NCBI GenBank assembly: GCA_934434555.1 | Contig: CAKRZX010000006.1 | Location: 20,983-84,982 of the forward strand | Length of the DNA: 64,000 nucleotides | Direction of reading: 5' to 3' | Origin: an uncultured Clostridia bacterium | GTDB taxonomy: Bacteria; Bacillota; Clostridia; Christensenellales; QALW01 | In this document: piece after piece, positions 63,927-64,000 of the stretch | How positions within the stretch are numbered: the first letter of the stretch is position 1 | Layout: each line of letters begins with the position of its first letter | Made by a program: the position numbers and the translations under genes | Notes under the pieces: generated by a model | The model's database searches: none | Told to the model about the DNA's origin: nothing | Seen by the model: only the letters and a program-made list of their open reading frames with translations

Positions 63927-64000
63927 GTGGCAAAAACAAAAAACAAACTTCGCATAATTCCACTCGGCGGTGTTGAAGAAATAGGCAAGAATATGACCGC
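63927..64000 (+). CDS. rnj: ribonuclease J, N-terminal fragment (continues beyond window)
   Basis: GTG start after AAGGAGGA. KLRIIPLGGVEEIGKNMT is the conserved RNase J N-terminus. Confidence 0.7.
   Translation, partial: MAKTKNKLRIIPLGGVEEIGKNMT

Noticed and set aside
1-64000. Searched by eye for CRISPR arrays, tRNA/rRNA genes, IS elements, integrases, prophage or toxin-antitoxin and other defence-system gene signatures.
   Set aside because: I found no regularly spaced direct repeats, no cloverleaf-like or rRNA-like segments in the few intergenic regions longer than 150 bp, and no transposase, recombinase or nuclease-helicase-type ORFs. The accessory content appears purely metabolic and glycan-related.

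Overview
This 64-kb chromosomal window looks like it comes from a spore-forming Firmicute (Clostridia-like). I infer that from gene content and synteny: minD-minE-rodA-spoIVFA/FB and dprA-topA-trmFO-hslVU. All family calls come from motifs read in the supplied translations; no database search was possible. About 57 protein genes are supported. I saw no rRNA, tRNA, CRISPR array, transposase or integrase.

Layout:
- 1-15 kb: housekeeping genes. These are an ABC exporter pair, rpiB, minDE, rodA, spoIVFA/FB, ldhA and divergent galK/galT, followed by small membrane and hydrolase genes and one decayed hydrolase pseudogene.
- 15-34 kb: an accessory glycan-utilisation island. It holds an esterase, two AraC regulators, a GH38 alpha-mannosidase, two DUF5060+DUF4038 (GH140-like) paralogs, two catalytic-domain-free CBM proteins with C-terminal membrane anchors, a clan GH-D-like enzyme and a GH78-like enzyme. 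No sugar importer lies in or next to it.
- 34-39 kb: a MacB/FtsX-type ABC module. One of its ATPases carries a C-terminal AbrB/SpoVT-like domain.
- 39-52 kb: sugar catabolism. This covers fucI with a PocR-AraC regulator, a WbsX/GH99-like gene, and a 7-gene operon joining two Gfo/Idh/MocA oxidoreductases and two xylose-isomerase-like TIM barrels to uxaC-uxuA-uxuB.
- 52-64 kb: core genes (dprA, topA, trmFO, hslVU, NUDIX, PPi-PFK, a nucleotidyltransferase, and the start of RNase J).

Most interesting observations:
- A promoter/operator architecture repeated three times with exact spacing. One copy is an orphan that drives only about 95 nt into a terminator abutting the araC stop codon (candidate sRNA or antisense control).
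- A strongly Shine-Dalgarno-preceded 33-codon ORF in the leader of the 1411-aa glycosidase gene.
- The importer-less glycan island with membrane-tethered CBM-only proteins.
- The ABC ATPase-AbrB fusion.
- The oxidoreductase/TIM-barrel block fused to hexuronate catabolism. This may be a non-hydrolytic route to glucuronate.
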